This document shows positions 24,780 through 38,515 of a DNA stretch of 64,000 nucleotides, piece after piece (the first letter of the stretch is position 1; each line of letters starts with the position of its first letter). The stretch lies in assembly GCA_964106645.2 (NCBI GenBank), contig OZ067046.1; one strand, written 5' to 3'. The stretch comes from Podarcis pityusensis. Its lineage: Eukaryota. The translations under genes and the position numbers were made by a program. Below the pieces are notes generated by a model, which worked only from the letters and a program-made list of their open reading frames with translations, did no database searches and had not been told where the DNA came from.

Positions 24780-25720
24780 TGCTTCAGATGCAAGTGGAGG
24801 AAAATGCCATCCACCAGCACTGGGCTGGTCCATGCGCCAGCTGCTATGTGTTCCGCAGTCAACACAAGAGGAGCAGCTGCTGGATCAGCCCGGTGGTGGC
24901 TCATGAAATCCAGCATCTCAGTGGCCAACTAGATGCACGTGGGAAGGCTGCAGCAAGGGGAGCATCCCCAACAAGTGCGATTCCCAGCAGCTGGCACGAC
25001 GCCATTTGGATTTCAAACGCGCGAGCCTCCCAGAGTGGAGGCAGCAGAACAAACGCGTCTTCCAAGAAACCTCTCGCCGTTTCCCCCTTTTTAAAGGAGG
25101 AGTGGCGAGCCTGCTCCTTCTCACGTGGAAGGGCAGTGAGGCGCCCTTGGCGTGCCTCTCGGGCAAAACGCCCAGGCGGTTGTTGAGGGAAACCGCGGGT
25201 GCGGGGGCCGCCTCCTCCTCGCCCACGCCGCGCGGGAGTCCCCTCGGCTGAGGACCGTGGCGCCTGGGAGCGCCGAGTCTCTCTGCCCAGGCGCTTTGCC
25301 TGCCGGCCCCCATTGGGTGGGTTCTTTTTGTGTCGCAGGGTTGTCCCCTGTGCAAACAACAGGTTGAATATTGTAGGTGCGGGTTATTAAAATGTCGCGG
25401 GGACAATGGCAGTCTGTGTCCCATTCGCCACGCTCGGCTTCCTCTTTGGAAAAGGGCGCGCAACATGGGACGCGGGCTTGGCTTCCAGCGTGAGGGAGTC
25501 TGCATAGCAGCAGCGCCTGCCCTGTCGCCCTGGAAATCTCGCCGCGCGGATGGAGACGCAGGGCGATGCGGTCGAGGCGGAGGGGTATAGGATGGATATT
25601 AATAATAATATAGACGCCTGAAAGGTTGGAGACGCCAAAGGCTTGCGAGCCGCATGGAGACAGTGGCGACGAGCCCTGATAATAAGAGCTGTGTAGGCTT
25701 GCCACGTCGCCACCCATTCA
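24780..25720. promoter_or_regulatory. Intergenic orphan CpG island upstream of ATOH1
   Basis: Dense CpG, non-repetitive; E-boxes at 24785, 24838, 24874, 24936, 24988 and 25122. Confidence 0.6.
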
Positions 25721-26577
25721 TAATTTTTTTTTATGGATGGTTTACCTTTGGGAAATCTTTTCCCATAGTAAAAGGAGAACACATATCCTGGAGTTTGCCA
25801 ATCCCCTCCCTTAAGAATGTACGTCTGACAAATATATGTCAGACAATTTTTCCATCTGTGCAAAGATAGGACTGGGTCCAACTCTGCACTTTTTCCTGGA
25901 AGTAAGACCCCCATGGAGCACAGTGGGGCTAAGCAGGCATGTTTTAGTTTAGGATAAAACTGTGAAGTAAAAGTGCTGCAACAGCAGCAAACATGCTTTA
26001 ACTTTTTTTTTTAAAAAAAAAGGTTAATGAGAATTTGTTTTGTAGAAATACAATGCCTAGTAAATGTGAACACCACTTTTGATTCTTTCTTTTTAAAAAG
26101 ACATTTAAGCCCATCTTTCTGCTTTTAAAAAAAGCCCTCCAGAGAGTAAAGGATTGCAACAGCAGGGCACTGGTAAGCTTTCAACATGTCCTATTTATGA
26201 ATGAGAATAATAATAATAACAACAACAAAACTTGATTTATAACAGCTTCAACAAATCCCTTGAGGTTCTGCTTTGCTTCCTCCCCCTCCCACCCTGTCAA
26301 TACAATGAACAGCTGGAGTGTCCATAATTTACTAAGTTAAAAGGTGGCAACCCTATAAACACGCCTGCTTGTAAATCCCATTGATTTCAGTGGAATCCCT
26401 CCCCCCAGTGAAAATGCCTTCTCAGGCTCACTGCCGAAAGGAAAAGTTGCAAAAGGAGAAGAGAAAACTATTGCTGCAATTCTGAAATATACTTAAGCTG
26501 GCAACTTTATTCTTTAAATAGATTGCACTAAAGGACTTGTCATATGTTACTACCCTATCAAAGCTACATTGGCATTG

Positions 26578-26579
<2 letters not shown>

Positions 26580-26617
<38 letters not shown>
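26580..26617. repeat. (TC)n microsatellite
   Basis: Direct observation. Confidence 0.95.
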
Positions 26618-26620
<3 letters not shown>

Positions 26621-27589
26621 CACAGTCACTGCATCCAGGACATGATTTCAAGCCACAGCTTTGAAACAGAGCCACCCACCTTCCCCTTACTGGAATTTGC
26701 AAGCACGATAGCATGCATTATCTTTCTGCACATACCGGTAGGTTTTTGTTTTTTTTAAGGACCCCCAAGCATGCATAGAGTGCCTAAGTTTAACTTGCTT
26801 ACATAATCGCTGCTACATATTTGGGATCAGTGAAGGGAATTTCTAGATCAGATGAGTCTCTGATAGACTGAAGTTCCATGACATCCAGAATTCTGCTTTC
26901 CACTATGGCTGGATGTTTCTGAGAAACCCAAAGGCAGGGCATTGCTGTATATACCCCAGTCTCCAAGCAGCAAGAGGCTTCAGGAATGCCTGGGCCTATC
27001 CAGAGTTTAGTTTCCTTTGATTGAAGGTCAGTGGAGACTATGGTGTCTTTAGGATATATGGTTTTATTTACACATATGTACAACTTGAACATGGGTTGGG
27101 GGAGCTCAGAGTATTAACACTTCAACAGATCTTGGTTCCTTATGAGGTTCCCATTAGAAGACCCCAAATATCTAACCCTGGGTCCAGCACATAGCAAGGT
27201 CAGCCTTTGTGTTGCCAGCTTCTAGCACCAGCCAAAACTTACATGCTCACACCCCCCTCTTGGCCTGTTATTCTCCATCCTAGGATGATGCAGCATCCAG
27301 CCAGGTGAGGTGGGAAAAGGCCCACTCATTTGTTTCTATGGCAACAGTGAAACCTCTTTGGACATGTAAATGGCAGTGCCTAACCGGTCCGCTCAGGCCA
27401 TTATCTTACAAAGAAACAAATCTGGCTTGTTCAGCAGGTTCCACATATTCTTACCCTGCATACACCGGATCACAGGTTTGAAAGGGACCCACAGGTATAA
27501 TCCAGAATGATCGCCCACCCCCCAAAACCCGTTTAACTATTCCTTCCCTGCTGTCATGCTCCTCTTAGCGACTGGTATTCAGCAGTATA

Positions 27590-27825
27590 CAGTTATACCT
27601 CATGTTACGTTTGCTTCAGGTTGCACATTTTCAGGTTGCGTCCTGTGGCGACCCGGAAGTACTGGGTTTTGCTGCTCGCGCATGCGCAGACACACAGAAT
27701 GACATCATGCACATGCACAGAAGTGGCGAATTGCGACCTGCGCACATGCAGACGCGGGTTGCGTTCCGCTCATGTTGCAAATGGGCCTCCGGAACGGATC
27801 TCGTTCGCAACCAGAGGTACCACTG
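27590..27825. mobile_element. Tc1/mariner (Tigger-like) MITE, second subfamily
   Basis: CAGTTATACCTC...GAGGTACCACTG TIRs, TA TSD; related copy at 46456-46687. Confidence 0.8.
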
Positions 27826-29015
27826 TACTGCCTCAAAGCAATGCCTATTCCATTTGACCCTGATAGCTAATGGCTGCCGATAGATGCATTCTCCATGAAT
27901 GTGTCTAATCCCACCTCAAAACCATATATCTTGGGTAAAAAAGGTTTGAGCATCAGACTATCCCATTTTACTAATTAAAATATTAGACTTAGAGAATTGA
28001 GTTATATTTCTGGAGTGAGCTGCAAATGTTAACACACATGATGTCTAACAAAATTAAGTTGAAATGCTTCTAGATGGCCTATGTGTTAGGCATTCATCTT
28101 GATTTGTTTGCACTGTGGGAATGTTATATGACACTGACGGTTTATTGTGCCTTCATTCTGATTCGATTTGTGAGGAAGCTAAACAATACCATTTCAAAGG
28201 AATTGTCACCCCACATTTTCCAGTACAATTTCCCACATTTACTTTCCTTACTGCAAAAGGTAAGGGTGGTTTTTCTGGAAGTGGGTATGTTGTGCAAGGA
28301 TGCCAGATCCACTTTAACTGCACAATCTGAATCTGCTGAGAAGCAACTGAATCCTGCTTGTAAAACAGTGGCAGTCTGGAAGTGCTCTGTGCTGATAGCC
28401 AGAGATTTAGAAACTTATTTAAAATTGAAAGCTGGTAAGCATAGTGCTGAAGTGCCACCTACTGGCTGCAGAAGATGCAGCAGATTGCAAACATCTTTGT
28501 TAAGGATTCCCCTTACCCCACCCACCCCATTTTCCTGAAAGAGCCAGAGAGAAATCATACATCTTCTGGTTTGCTTTCTATAAATTATGTTCCACACGGA
28601 CATTGATTGTAACCAATAGTAACAGCTCACCAACTGGTACAAACAACTGGTTTCATTTATTGGTTACTTTTTGGTCTCTGCTGTGCTCACGGAGCAGGGG
28701 TTCTCAAACTTTCTTTCCCATGGCCCACTGAGGTCCATCAGTCACAAGATGGGTGGGGCCCCTCCTCTAGCTCAGAGTGAGTTAGAAGACAAAGCCGGAG
28801 TTTGAATTAGAGTCTTTAGGGTTGGCTGTGACCTAGAGGAATAAAGGTTGCAAGCTGGTAAAGGCAAGCTGGAGAAGAGGGTCCAAGCACAATGGTTGAT
28901 TTCTGTTTGAATCCACAGCTGTGGTTTTGGGAAAAACAAGACCGTTTTTGGGTTTAATGATGTGAACTGTAGACAGGCTGTAGACATGTGTAAAGAAGCT
29001 ATATATCATATAGTG

Positions 29016-29153
29016 CAGCGGTTCTCAACCTGTGGGTCCCCAGATGTTGTTGGACTACCACTCCCATCACCCCTGAGCTCTGGCCTTGCTAGCTAGGGGT
29101 GGTGGGAGTTGTAGTTCAACAACATCTGGGGACCCACAGGTTGAGAAAGGCTG
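29016..29153. mobile_element. Palindromic hAT/MER5-like MITE
   Basis: ~50-bp arms CAGCGGTTCTCAACCTGTGGGTCCCCAGATGTTG / CAACATCTGGGGACCCACAGGTTGAGAAAGGCTG. Confidence 0.8.
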
Positions 29154-30051
29154 AAGCGGAACAGACTGCCACAAGAGAACTTTCCTTCCTTGGAGGTTTA
29201 TAAGCAGAGGTTGGATGGCCACCTGTCATGGATGCTTCAGCTGAGATTCCTGCATTAGAGGGGGCTGGACTAGATGACCCTTTGGTCCTTTCCAACTCTA
29301 AGATTCTATGGCACCACAGTCTCTGCTATGCCTCATTTTCAAAAGGAACTTCTGGAATCTCACACTATTTGGAGATTGGGGTGGCATGCAACAATATCTT
29401 TATAGCACCCAAAACACTGCAGGGCTTGTTGTTCTATTCACAGTTTGTGCAGTCCCCTCTCTGTTCATAGGGAAGATGTAGGGCTAATTGTATGCATCAA
29501 AACAACAAGGGGGATTAAACATGCAAGAGATATTTAGGAAAAAAAGCACAGCAACTGAGCAGCAAAAGTATTATTCCTCACGTATTTATAGGCAAACTCT
29601 TTTTCAAGGGAATATAGTTAACTAATGTATCAAACCTGACCACCTTCTCTGAAATCCAGGTAATGGATATGCTCAGTCCACTTAAAAATACACACTAGCA
29701 AAAGCAGAAAAAGTCTATCTGAAGTGCACTGGGAATAAAGGATTTTGCTGCTGTTGTTTTTCCTGCATATAATAGAAGGACACTGGTTTTTTCTGCAACT
29801 GCTTCTGCTCTCCTGTTGCCACCCCCTTAGCTTGTTCACGCATATATGTTCACATTTAATGGCTGCAGCCTCAAATGGCAACTTGCATGTGCTAAAGAGC
29901 AATCACAGGTCACGTACCACAAATATCACTGCAGTCCCAAACATGCCCTCCCTTCCCATGTAGTCTGTTCACACATTTAGCTGTGAGTCATCAGGTACTG
30001 AGTAATAAATGATTTTTGTGTGTATGTATGTATGCACTTAAGATAATTAGG

Positions 30052-30432
30052 GCTGTGCTCATCTTGCTTTATTGGCCAAGGGAGCCGGCGTACAGCTTCC
30101 GAGTCATGTGGCCAGCCTGACTAAGCCACTTCTGGCGAACCAGAGCAACGCATGGAAACACTGTTTACCTTTATGCTGGAGCGGTACCTATTTATCTACT
30201 TGCACTTTGACATGCTTCCGAACTGCTAGGTGGGCAGGAGCAGGGACCAAGCAACGGGAGCTCACCCCGTCGTGGGGATTTGAACCGCCAAACTTCTGAT
30301 CAACAAACCCTAGGTCTTAGTATACCAGCTCCCAGGTCTTAGTACGCCAGCTCCCTCGGCCAATAAAGCGAGATGAGCGGCGCAACCCCAGAGTCGGTCA
30401 CGACTGGACCTAATAGTCAGGGGTCCCTTTAC
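30052..30432. mobile_element. Rearranged (partly inverted) Sauria SINE
   Basis: 30052-30315 is reverse-oriented SINE body; 30340-30432 is a forward 3' end; duplicated junction GGTCTTAGTA..CCAGCTCCC. Confidence 0.8.
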
Positions 30433-31711
30433 TTCTAATGGTATTACTGATTTATGCCTGCACTGATTTCAAAAATTTGCTGGGCAGCTGTACCACAATG
30501 AGCCTGCCTTGCCCCATCTTGCCAATCTCCCACCTCCATGTTGCATTCCTGTGAAACTTAATCTCTCTCTTAGATGCCTTTCTGTGGTGGCAGCCAAGCA
30601 CAGGCCAGCCTTGCACACAACCACTGTTGCGTTTGATATAAAGTAGTTTTGCTTAAGCTTATTTTTCTCCTACTTTTCTGCGAAATAACACCACTCTGAT
30701 ACAGTTAACATAACAGAAAGCAAGATAATACAAACAAACCAACAAACATAGTCCAAACAGTTTTACTTTAAATGAAACAATTCTCTTGGGTAGGGTGTTT
30801 TGCTACTGAATAAGCAACCTGATCTACAGTCAGTTAAGATAGATTGCTTGGCTTTAAGCCAGTTTTAGGTTTCAAACACATTTACATTGGAGCAAGTACC
30901 ACTGAACTCAGTGGGAATTGCTTCTGAGTAGGCATGCAAAGGATTGCACTGTTAATTCATTTAGTTCAAGGGTGGGGGCCAGTGGTCCTCCACATGTTGT
31001 TGGGAGTGCAACTCCCATTTCCCCTGACCATTGGCCATGCTTTCCGAGGCTGGTGGGAGTTGGAGTTCATCATCTGGAGGCCTGCTGGTTAGTCAGCCAT
31101 ACTTTCGTTAATGTCCAAGGCTGAACAGCAACCCAGTACTATAGATCAGCTGCTTAATCCAGTCCAGGGAAGAACAGGCAACACCTTCCCTATGCAAATT
31201 AGATGCTCATCAACACTTCCTCTTGTCCCACTGCTTTCCCCCAGGGAAAGCTGCTCTTTCGTACTCAGCAGGAAGAAACAGCAATTTGGATTTTCTCTGG
31301 ACTGCTGCACTGAAGAGTTTGTTTTCCCTAGGAAAGGAGCAGGGGCAAGGGGAAAATCCACTCTGACCCAAGCAAAAGTCCTCAATCACCACAATTGCTG
31401 CATCTGTACATTGAATCAAAGACTAGGGGCTACAGTAACACTAGCGTTCTTTCTTGGTCTTCTAAATTATCCAGCTTGGGCAAGCATGTGAACACTTGAC
31501 CTGAAGTCACTCTGCTGATGTTCTGAAACTGCTGCCATTTTCCTGCTTCAAGTCATCATGGGCTCATGGAAATGTTAGCTGAAACACCATTAGTCATGCA
31601 CCAGAGACACACACCAGCTGATTCATGGTAGCCCCAAGGTTTACAGGAGGAAGTGCTGGATTTCCTCCTTTTGTGGCAGCTATTAATATTGGATGTGCTC
31701 TGATTTATTTA

Positions 31712-31953
31712 CAGTGGTACCTCGGGTTACATATGCTTCAGGTTACAGACGCTTCAGGTTACAGACTCCGCTAACCCAGAAATAGTGCTTCAGGTTAAGA
31801 ACTTTGCTTCAGGAGGAGAACAGAAATCGTGCTCTGGCGGTGCGGCGGCAGCAGGAGGCCCCATTAGCTAAAGTGGTGCTTCAGGTTAAGAACAGTTTCA
31901 GGTTAAGAACGGACCTCCGGAACGAATTAAGTACTTAACCCGAGGTACCACTG
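31712..31953. mobile_element. Tc1/mariner MITE, full length (opposite orientation to 15213 copy)
   Basis: Perfect CAGTGGTACCTCGGGTTA TIRs, TA TSD. Confidence 0.9.
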
Positions 31954-32643
31954 TATTTCAAAGCCCACAACAAATCTGTTCTGTAGGCAAAAAGTTTGTT
32001 TTGCTTGTTCACCCTGAACACTTGAGTAGTTAGAATCGGGTTGTTTGTCTACTCTCAATTATTCTAGTTTGGGTAGCCTTTTTTTTTTGTCTATCTTGTT
32101 GTTCAGGTTTCTTGCTCTGGTAGGGTCAGGGAGAACCTTCTTTAATCCTTTAGTTTGGGAAGACTTTGTTTCATTTTTCTCCTCTTATGCTGTGATTTTG
32201 CTTTCCTGTTTCATTGCATGTTATTGAACTTACCTTGTCTCTTTTGTTGTATTAATATACCATTCACCACTTAGGGACCTTTGGGCTGAAAAATGATATA
32301 TAAATCAATCAGCCTAGAACTACTACTAATGCTATGATTATGAGATTATTCTGGGCATTCCACTTCTAGCGCATGCTGGATCAGGGAATCACAATGCGTC
32401 ATTGCTCTGTCTGCTGGGGTGCTGTTGCTATCCATATTGGCAGAAAATTGAGGGGGGGGGGGGAGATTATTATTATTTTTATAGTGTCTCTCTACTCCAG
32501 TAGGTATTGAGCAATGGTGGTATTCAACAGGGCAGCCTGATTTTTCACAGCACATCCCAATGCTTCTTGCCACACATAATGCAAGAGTTACTGGTTTAAT
32601 GGATCGTCTCATGAAGATTTTATTTTACCACAAGTATTTTGTT

Positions 32644-33002
32644 GGGACGCGGGTGGCGCTGTGGGTAAAACCTCAGCGCCTAGGACTTGCCAATCGCATG
32701 GTCAGCGGTTTGAATCCCCGCGGCGGGGTGCGCTCCCGTCGTTCGGTCCCAGCGCCTGCCAACCTAGCAGTTCGAAAGCACCCCTGGGTGCAAGTAGATA
32801 TATAGGGACCGCTTACCAGCGGGAAGGTAAACGGCGTTCTGTGTGCTGCGCTGGCTCGCCAGATGCAGCTTGTCACGCTGGCAACGTGACCCGGAAGTGT
32901 CTGCGGACAGCGCTGGCTCCCGGCCTATAGAGTGAGATGAGCGCACAACCCTAGAGTCTGGCAAGACTGGCCCGTACGGGCAGGGGTACCTTTACCTTTA
33001 CC
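32644..33002 (+). mobile_element. Sauria SINE, full length
   Basis: Head and ACCTTT tail; TSD TATTTTGTT. Confidence 0.95.
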
Positions 33003-33879
33003 TATTTTGTTGGGAACTAACCCAGTTGAGAACACAGCTCACTGGCTTTTTCTAAAGGCACCTTGATTGTAAATATTAATTAAAAAAACAAGGTATTAAT
33101 AGACATGGTTTGTTTATTATTATAAAAAACATTCTTTATTGAATATTAATAAAGCATTTCAACCTGTAGCTATCCCTAGAAATAAGGAAGTTCACAATAC
33201 AGCAAGCTAAGAATTCGCTGGATTCATATACCAGAAATAGTGCGAATCCAATGGGAAAGTCCTACTGCACAAAAGGGATGGACTCAGAAACTATTTCCTT
33301 CTATTTTAATATGATTAGAGCCAAACTAGGCAAGGTAACTTGGGAAACGTGGGGTTTTCAACCTTTGCAATTCTGTTATAAAGGTTGGAATGCCTTTGTG
33401 GGAGAGGATCAGAGGGCTGCAAATCGCAAATGTCCCTGAGCTTTGAAACTGGAAGTGAACCTGAAAACAAGTGGTGGACTTTGGACTCTCAAATTTCAGT
33501 GGCGTCCTAGGCAATACTAAAATTTGGTGCCCCCCCCATCTCTCTTGCCCCATTTTGGGTGCTCCCAACAGCATGGTGCCTAGTACAGCTGCACTGGTTG
33601 CACTACTCTAAAACTGACTGCTGGAATAATCAACAGGTGGTGTAAGGCATTGAGTACCTCCTTCTCTACACACCTTTTAAGCTTACCCTGCAAATGATCC
33701 CTTGGCATTGCATTTGTGTTGCCTTGGCAAACAACGGACTGGAGCCATGCATTTGATAAGCTAACAGCTGGCTCTACCCCTACCTGGCTCCAGGTAAACA
33801 TGCACTGGGACCTTGCAGAGGGTATGCTTGGTGGCAGTGGTTTCTTCTCGCATACAGGGTAGTCGAAACAAGCAGAGAG

Positions 33880-36176
33880 GCAAGTTTAGAAAACAATTTT
33901 ATTAGACAAATTATTTAGACAAATTATACACAGAAAGCTCTGCCACTTGTAACTGAGGCCTCCAAAATGTGTTTTGTGTATCAGTATAATAGGCAACACA
34001 TTGAAATAATTGGTTTATCACTAAAATCACTGCAACATCTGGTATATCCCTCTAGTTTGTTGTAAAGAAATTTCTTTCTGTCTTTCTTCTTCTTCTTCTT
34101 CTTCTTCTTCTTCTTCTTCTTCTTCTTTGAAAAAGTCAGTTGTGTAGGAGCTCATGAATGTTACAAGGGGAAACAAGTTGTGCATGCTTTTAAACACTTG
34201 TACCCTAGAAACAAAATGGCCTTTTGCATGATAAGAAAATTGTTCTGCCTTACACAGTAGACAATATTATGAAGATTTCATACAAAAAACAGTGACAGTA
34301 CAAGATGCTTTCCCAGAACAGAATTAAGCATCAAAATAGAATAGATCTGAAGAATATATCTTGAAATTTCTCCTAAAGCAGATCACCTAAGTTGCTTCCT
34401 ATAATCAAGGCCTAGTCACATAATGGAGTTAGGTTAAAATAAGTATTAAAACAAATTAAAAATAAAACACGGGATAAGTTGGCTCGCTTTCTACTTAATC
34501 GCATTTTAGTTTTTAAGGATTACAACTGAAAGCTCATTTTACAGATCTAAACAGGTAAGAGTGTTAGCTTCAAAAATGCCGCCGTGCCAAAGGAGGCACT
34601 GTTTTCGCTGTCATCAGTTTATCGTTCTATACAATTGGCACTCACGTCAAAAATACATCTATAATTGAATATGTAATAAAGATTTAAACAAGAGATCATT
34701 CTTTTGTTTTCCTCCCCTCTCCTTTATATTCTTGGAGTAACACAGGATTGCAATTAAGGCCACACCAATATTTCTCGACCGCTGCCGTCCTCAAACTCTC
34801 ACACCACACTTGCAATGATGGATAGTATTGATTTCGAAGAGCATTTATTAACCTTCCATGGTCTGTTTTTCAAGCCCTTGGGAACTGAAAATCAGCTGTC
34901 CCTCGATGTATATGTGTGTGTGTTTTTACCTACCAGTTTTTCCCATTTTGTCAAAAGTAATTCCAAAGTAATAGATGATTAAGGTTACCCTTAAACACAG
35001 CTGAATAGCCAATGCAAAAACCTAAATGAATGAGTTACACATCTAGGTACAAATGTTACATTGCCCTGGATGTTCTAATAAAATAAAAGGCATTAAATAT
35101 CAAACAATGCAAATAACATTAAACCACCCTTCCTTTTCTTTGCGGAAAACCCCCTGTCCTGTACATCTTTCCAGTATACAACACTTTTTTTTAACTAAAG
35201 CTTTATTAGACAAATTGCAATAGCATCAGCTTCCGTTTTATTAGATATATACATGAGTACATATATATATACATATACCAAGGTATATGTGTATATATAT
35301 ATCTATGTATGAGCTACTAATTTATTTAACAGAACAGAGGATTCTGCCATATGATACAGTTTACTGTACATAAGGAAAAGAAAACCTTTGAAACACTGTA
35401 CAATCACATAAAGGTCATATGCACTGTTGCAGTGCAAAAAGGAGATTTAACTGTAGTCTTTACTGGCATAGCAATGGCTTCTTGAAATCCTACAAAATTG
35501 CATTCTCATATTAGGTGGCCTGAATGGTCTCTCCCTTCTCTTTCCCCTTTCTCTCACCACCCCGCCCCAAACTGTAAATACTGCAAGGTTTGCCTTTGGT
35601 CCACAGTTAACAGGACACAGAACAGCAGTGAAGCACTGGAATGGATGCAGCAGAACACAGAGAAAAGACTGAAGTTATTGCAATTGTATAAAAACTCAAA
35701 GGCGAAACAATACAAAGGTCTTTCAGTGAAATAACCCCATATATTTGATACAGGCTCAGTGTCTGTTTCCTTGTCTTCAAGTTTATGAAATGCTGTACTA
35801 GTAGAATGTTAGGGAAGTGGTAGACCTGTTGGTTTTTTTAATGGTGGCTCAGTTGAAGTTACTTCAGAGTAATCCCACTGGCCAGAATGAGTTGATTTGA
35901 TGGTTTACAGAGTTGGGGCCATAATACATTCTAGAAAGCGCTTATTCCAGAGACACACCAGTTGAGCTAATGGAGCTACTCTAGAGGAGCTGGACTGAAA
36001 ACCATGGCCTCAAGTAGAGAGAAAGCGAAAAAGAGGAGGGGAAGGATAGTGAGTTGTTACTAATACTCCTGATTTCTTTTTAAAAAGTTACATCCATGTT
36101 AGTCCCACAAATATCACAGCTGCTCCTTGCAAAGGGAGTCCTAGAAAGAAACAGTGACAAAACAATGTCTGAAGCT
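33880..36176 (-). other. GRID2: Putative GRID2 3' UTR with tandem polyadenylation signals
   Basis: Repeat-poor AT-rich stretch after the stop codon; minus-strand AATAAA at 35202-35207 and 33898-33903. Confidence 0.6.
34086..34126. repeat. (TTC)n microsatellite
   Basis: Direct observation. Confidence 0.95.
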
Positions 36177-36635
<459 letters not shown>

Positions 36636-37491
36636 TCACTCATTGCCACCTTTTTCTAGACAAAAAAAAAAAAACAAACACCCAGAAAGATTTTCCACAG
36701 AATAATAATCAGAACTATTCAAATAAAGAAAACTAGGCTTGCTGCACATCAGTTAAAAATAGGAGAGGCTCAACAAGTCCTTTGCTGAACCATCTAACTA
36801 GTTTAAGCAAAACTGACAAAAATGGTGCCTAACTTTACAACCGCCAAGGCAGAATGCAAATAATCTGTGGTAAATCTTTCTTACAGGGTGAGTTGTGTGA
36901 TTTGGATGGCAAACAAGTGCACTCTCCCTTTCCAAAGCGTTCATCTTTACAATTTAGCCTCTTGAACATCTGGCTGCAGATGCTGCAGAGAAATGCTTGT
37001 TGGAAGATGAGGATTTGGAAGTAGGATGCTCATGATGTAGACCAATATTGCATGGATAAGAATGACTTGTGTGTAATGAAGATGAAGCACAGTGAAGTGT
37101 TGAATGACTGGAGAAGATTGTGAGAGCTGCTGGCTGTAGACCACACATTGCAGTTTTAGTGTGATGTACTCTTTTGTTTCGCGTTGGAAGGGCAGTGCTA
37201 TAGTATGACAGTTTAGGCAATTGCCTCTGACTCCTTTCAACTCTTTGCTGGCTCTGGGAAGGTATTGGAAGTGAGAGGACATGAGTTCTAAGTAGTGCTG
37301 CTATCTGACATCACAAGGCCCATGTCCATCCAATCACCCTTAGCTTCCCATCCATGACTGTGATGGGTATTTAGCTATTGATCCACAAAAATAACAGCAA
37401 CCAAGCTTAGGGTCAAAAACAGATTGGCTCAGAATAAGTTATTGGTACTGGCGGTGCTGGATTACCCAATAGGCAGACTAACTGCAGGCTT

Positions 37492-37841
37492 AAAAGTAAA
37501 GGTAAAGGGACCATTAGGTCCAGTCATGCCCAACTCTGGGGTTGCGGCACTCATCTCGCTTTATTGGCTGAGGGAGCCGGCGTACAGCTTCTGGGTCATG
37601 TGGCCAGCATGACTAAGCCGCTTCTGGTGAACCAGAGCAGCGCACAGAAACGCCGTTTACCTTCCCACCGGAGCGGTACATATTTATCTACTTGCACTTT
37701 GACGTGCTTTCGAACTGCTAGGTTGGCAGGAGCAGGGACTGAGCAACAGGAGCTCACCCCGTCGTGGGGATTCGAACCGCCGACCTTCTGATCGGCAAGT
37801 CCTAGGCTCTGTGGTTTAACCCACATCGCCCCCCACGTTCC
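37492..37841 (-). mobile_element. Sauria SINE, full length
   Basis: Reverse complement of the 24317 copy. Confidence 0.93.
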
Positions 37842-38046
37842 TAACCGCATGCTTAGGGCACAGCAAAATAGGGGCACCCCACTCCAAAAGAGACTTTTTT
37901 TAAAAAAAATGATTTGATGTTAAATATTTCACCCCAAAAAACATTGGAGTGTTGAAGTAGTCATTGTGGGAAAAATCAGAACTTTGTTAGAATTCCTTAC
38001 ACTCCACTCCAAACTCTTTACTCATTTTACTGTTCTTTTTTTATTA

Positions 38047-38515
38047 CCGTATTTTTCGCCCTATAGGACGCACCGGCCCATAGGACGCATCTAGATTTTT
38101 TTTTTGGGGGGGGGAAATAAAGGGAAAAAAATTCCTCCGACCCCAGCCCCCAGAACGGGTCCCAGAGTGATGCCGAAGCTGCGCACAGCTTCGGCATCGC
38201 TCTGGGAGCTTGCGCAACCTTCGGGAGCCTGGCGCGGCTTCTCGCCGGGCTCCGGGGGGTTTCGCGGAGCTGCGCCGATTCCAGGAGTGCAGGCAGCTCT
38301 GCGCAACCTTCGGGAGCCCGGCGCGAAGCCGCGCCGGGCTCCCTAGGGCTGCGCAGAGCTTTCTGAAGCCTGGAGAGGGAGAGGGGTCGATGCGCACTGA
38401 CCCCTATCACTCACCAGGCTTCAGCAAAAGCCTGTATTCGCCCCATAGGACGCACACACATTTCCCCTACATTTTTGGAGGGGAAAAAGTGCGTCCTATA
38501 GGGCGAAAAATACGG
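38047..38515. mobile_element. Tc1/mariner-type MITE with GC-rich internal repeats
   Basis: Perfect 27-bp TIRs CCGTATTTTTCGCCCTATAGGACGCAC / GTGCGTCCTATAGGGCGAAAAATACGG, TA TSD; related partial copy at ~39060-39238. Confidence 0.9.

Noticed and set aside
24779-25914. Several 135-198 aa ORFs
   Set aside because: Low-complexity Arg/Pro/Gly/Ala products typical of CpG islands, with no splice or homology support.
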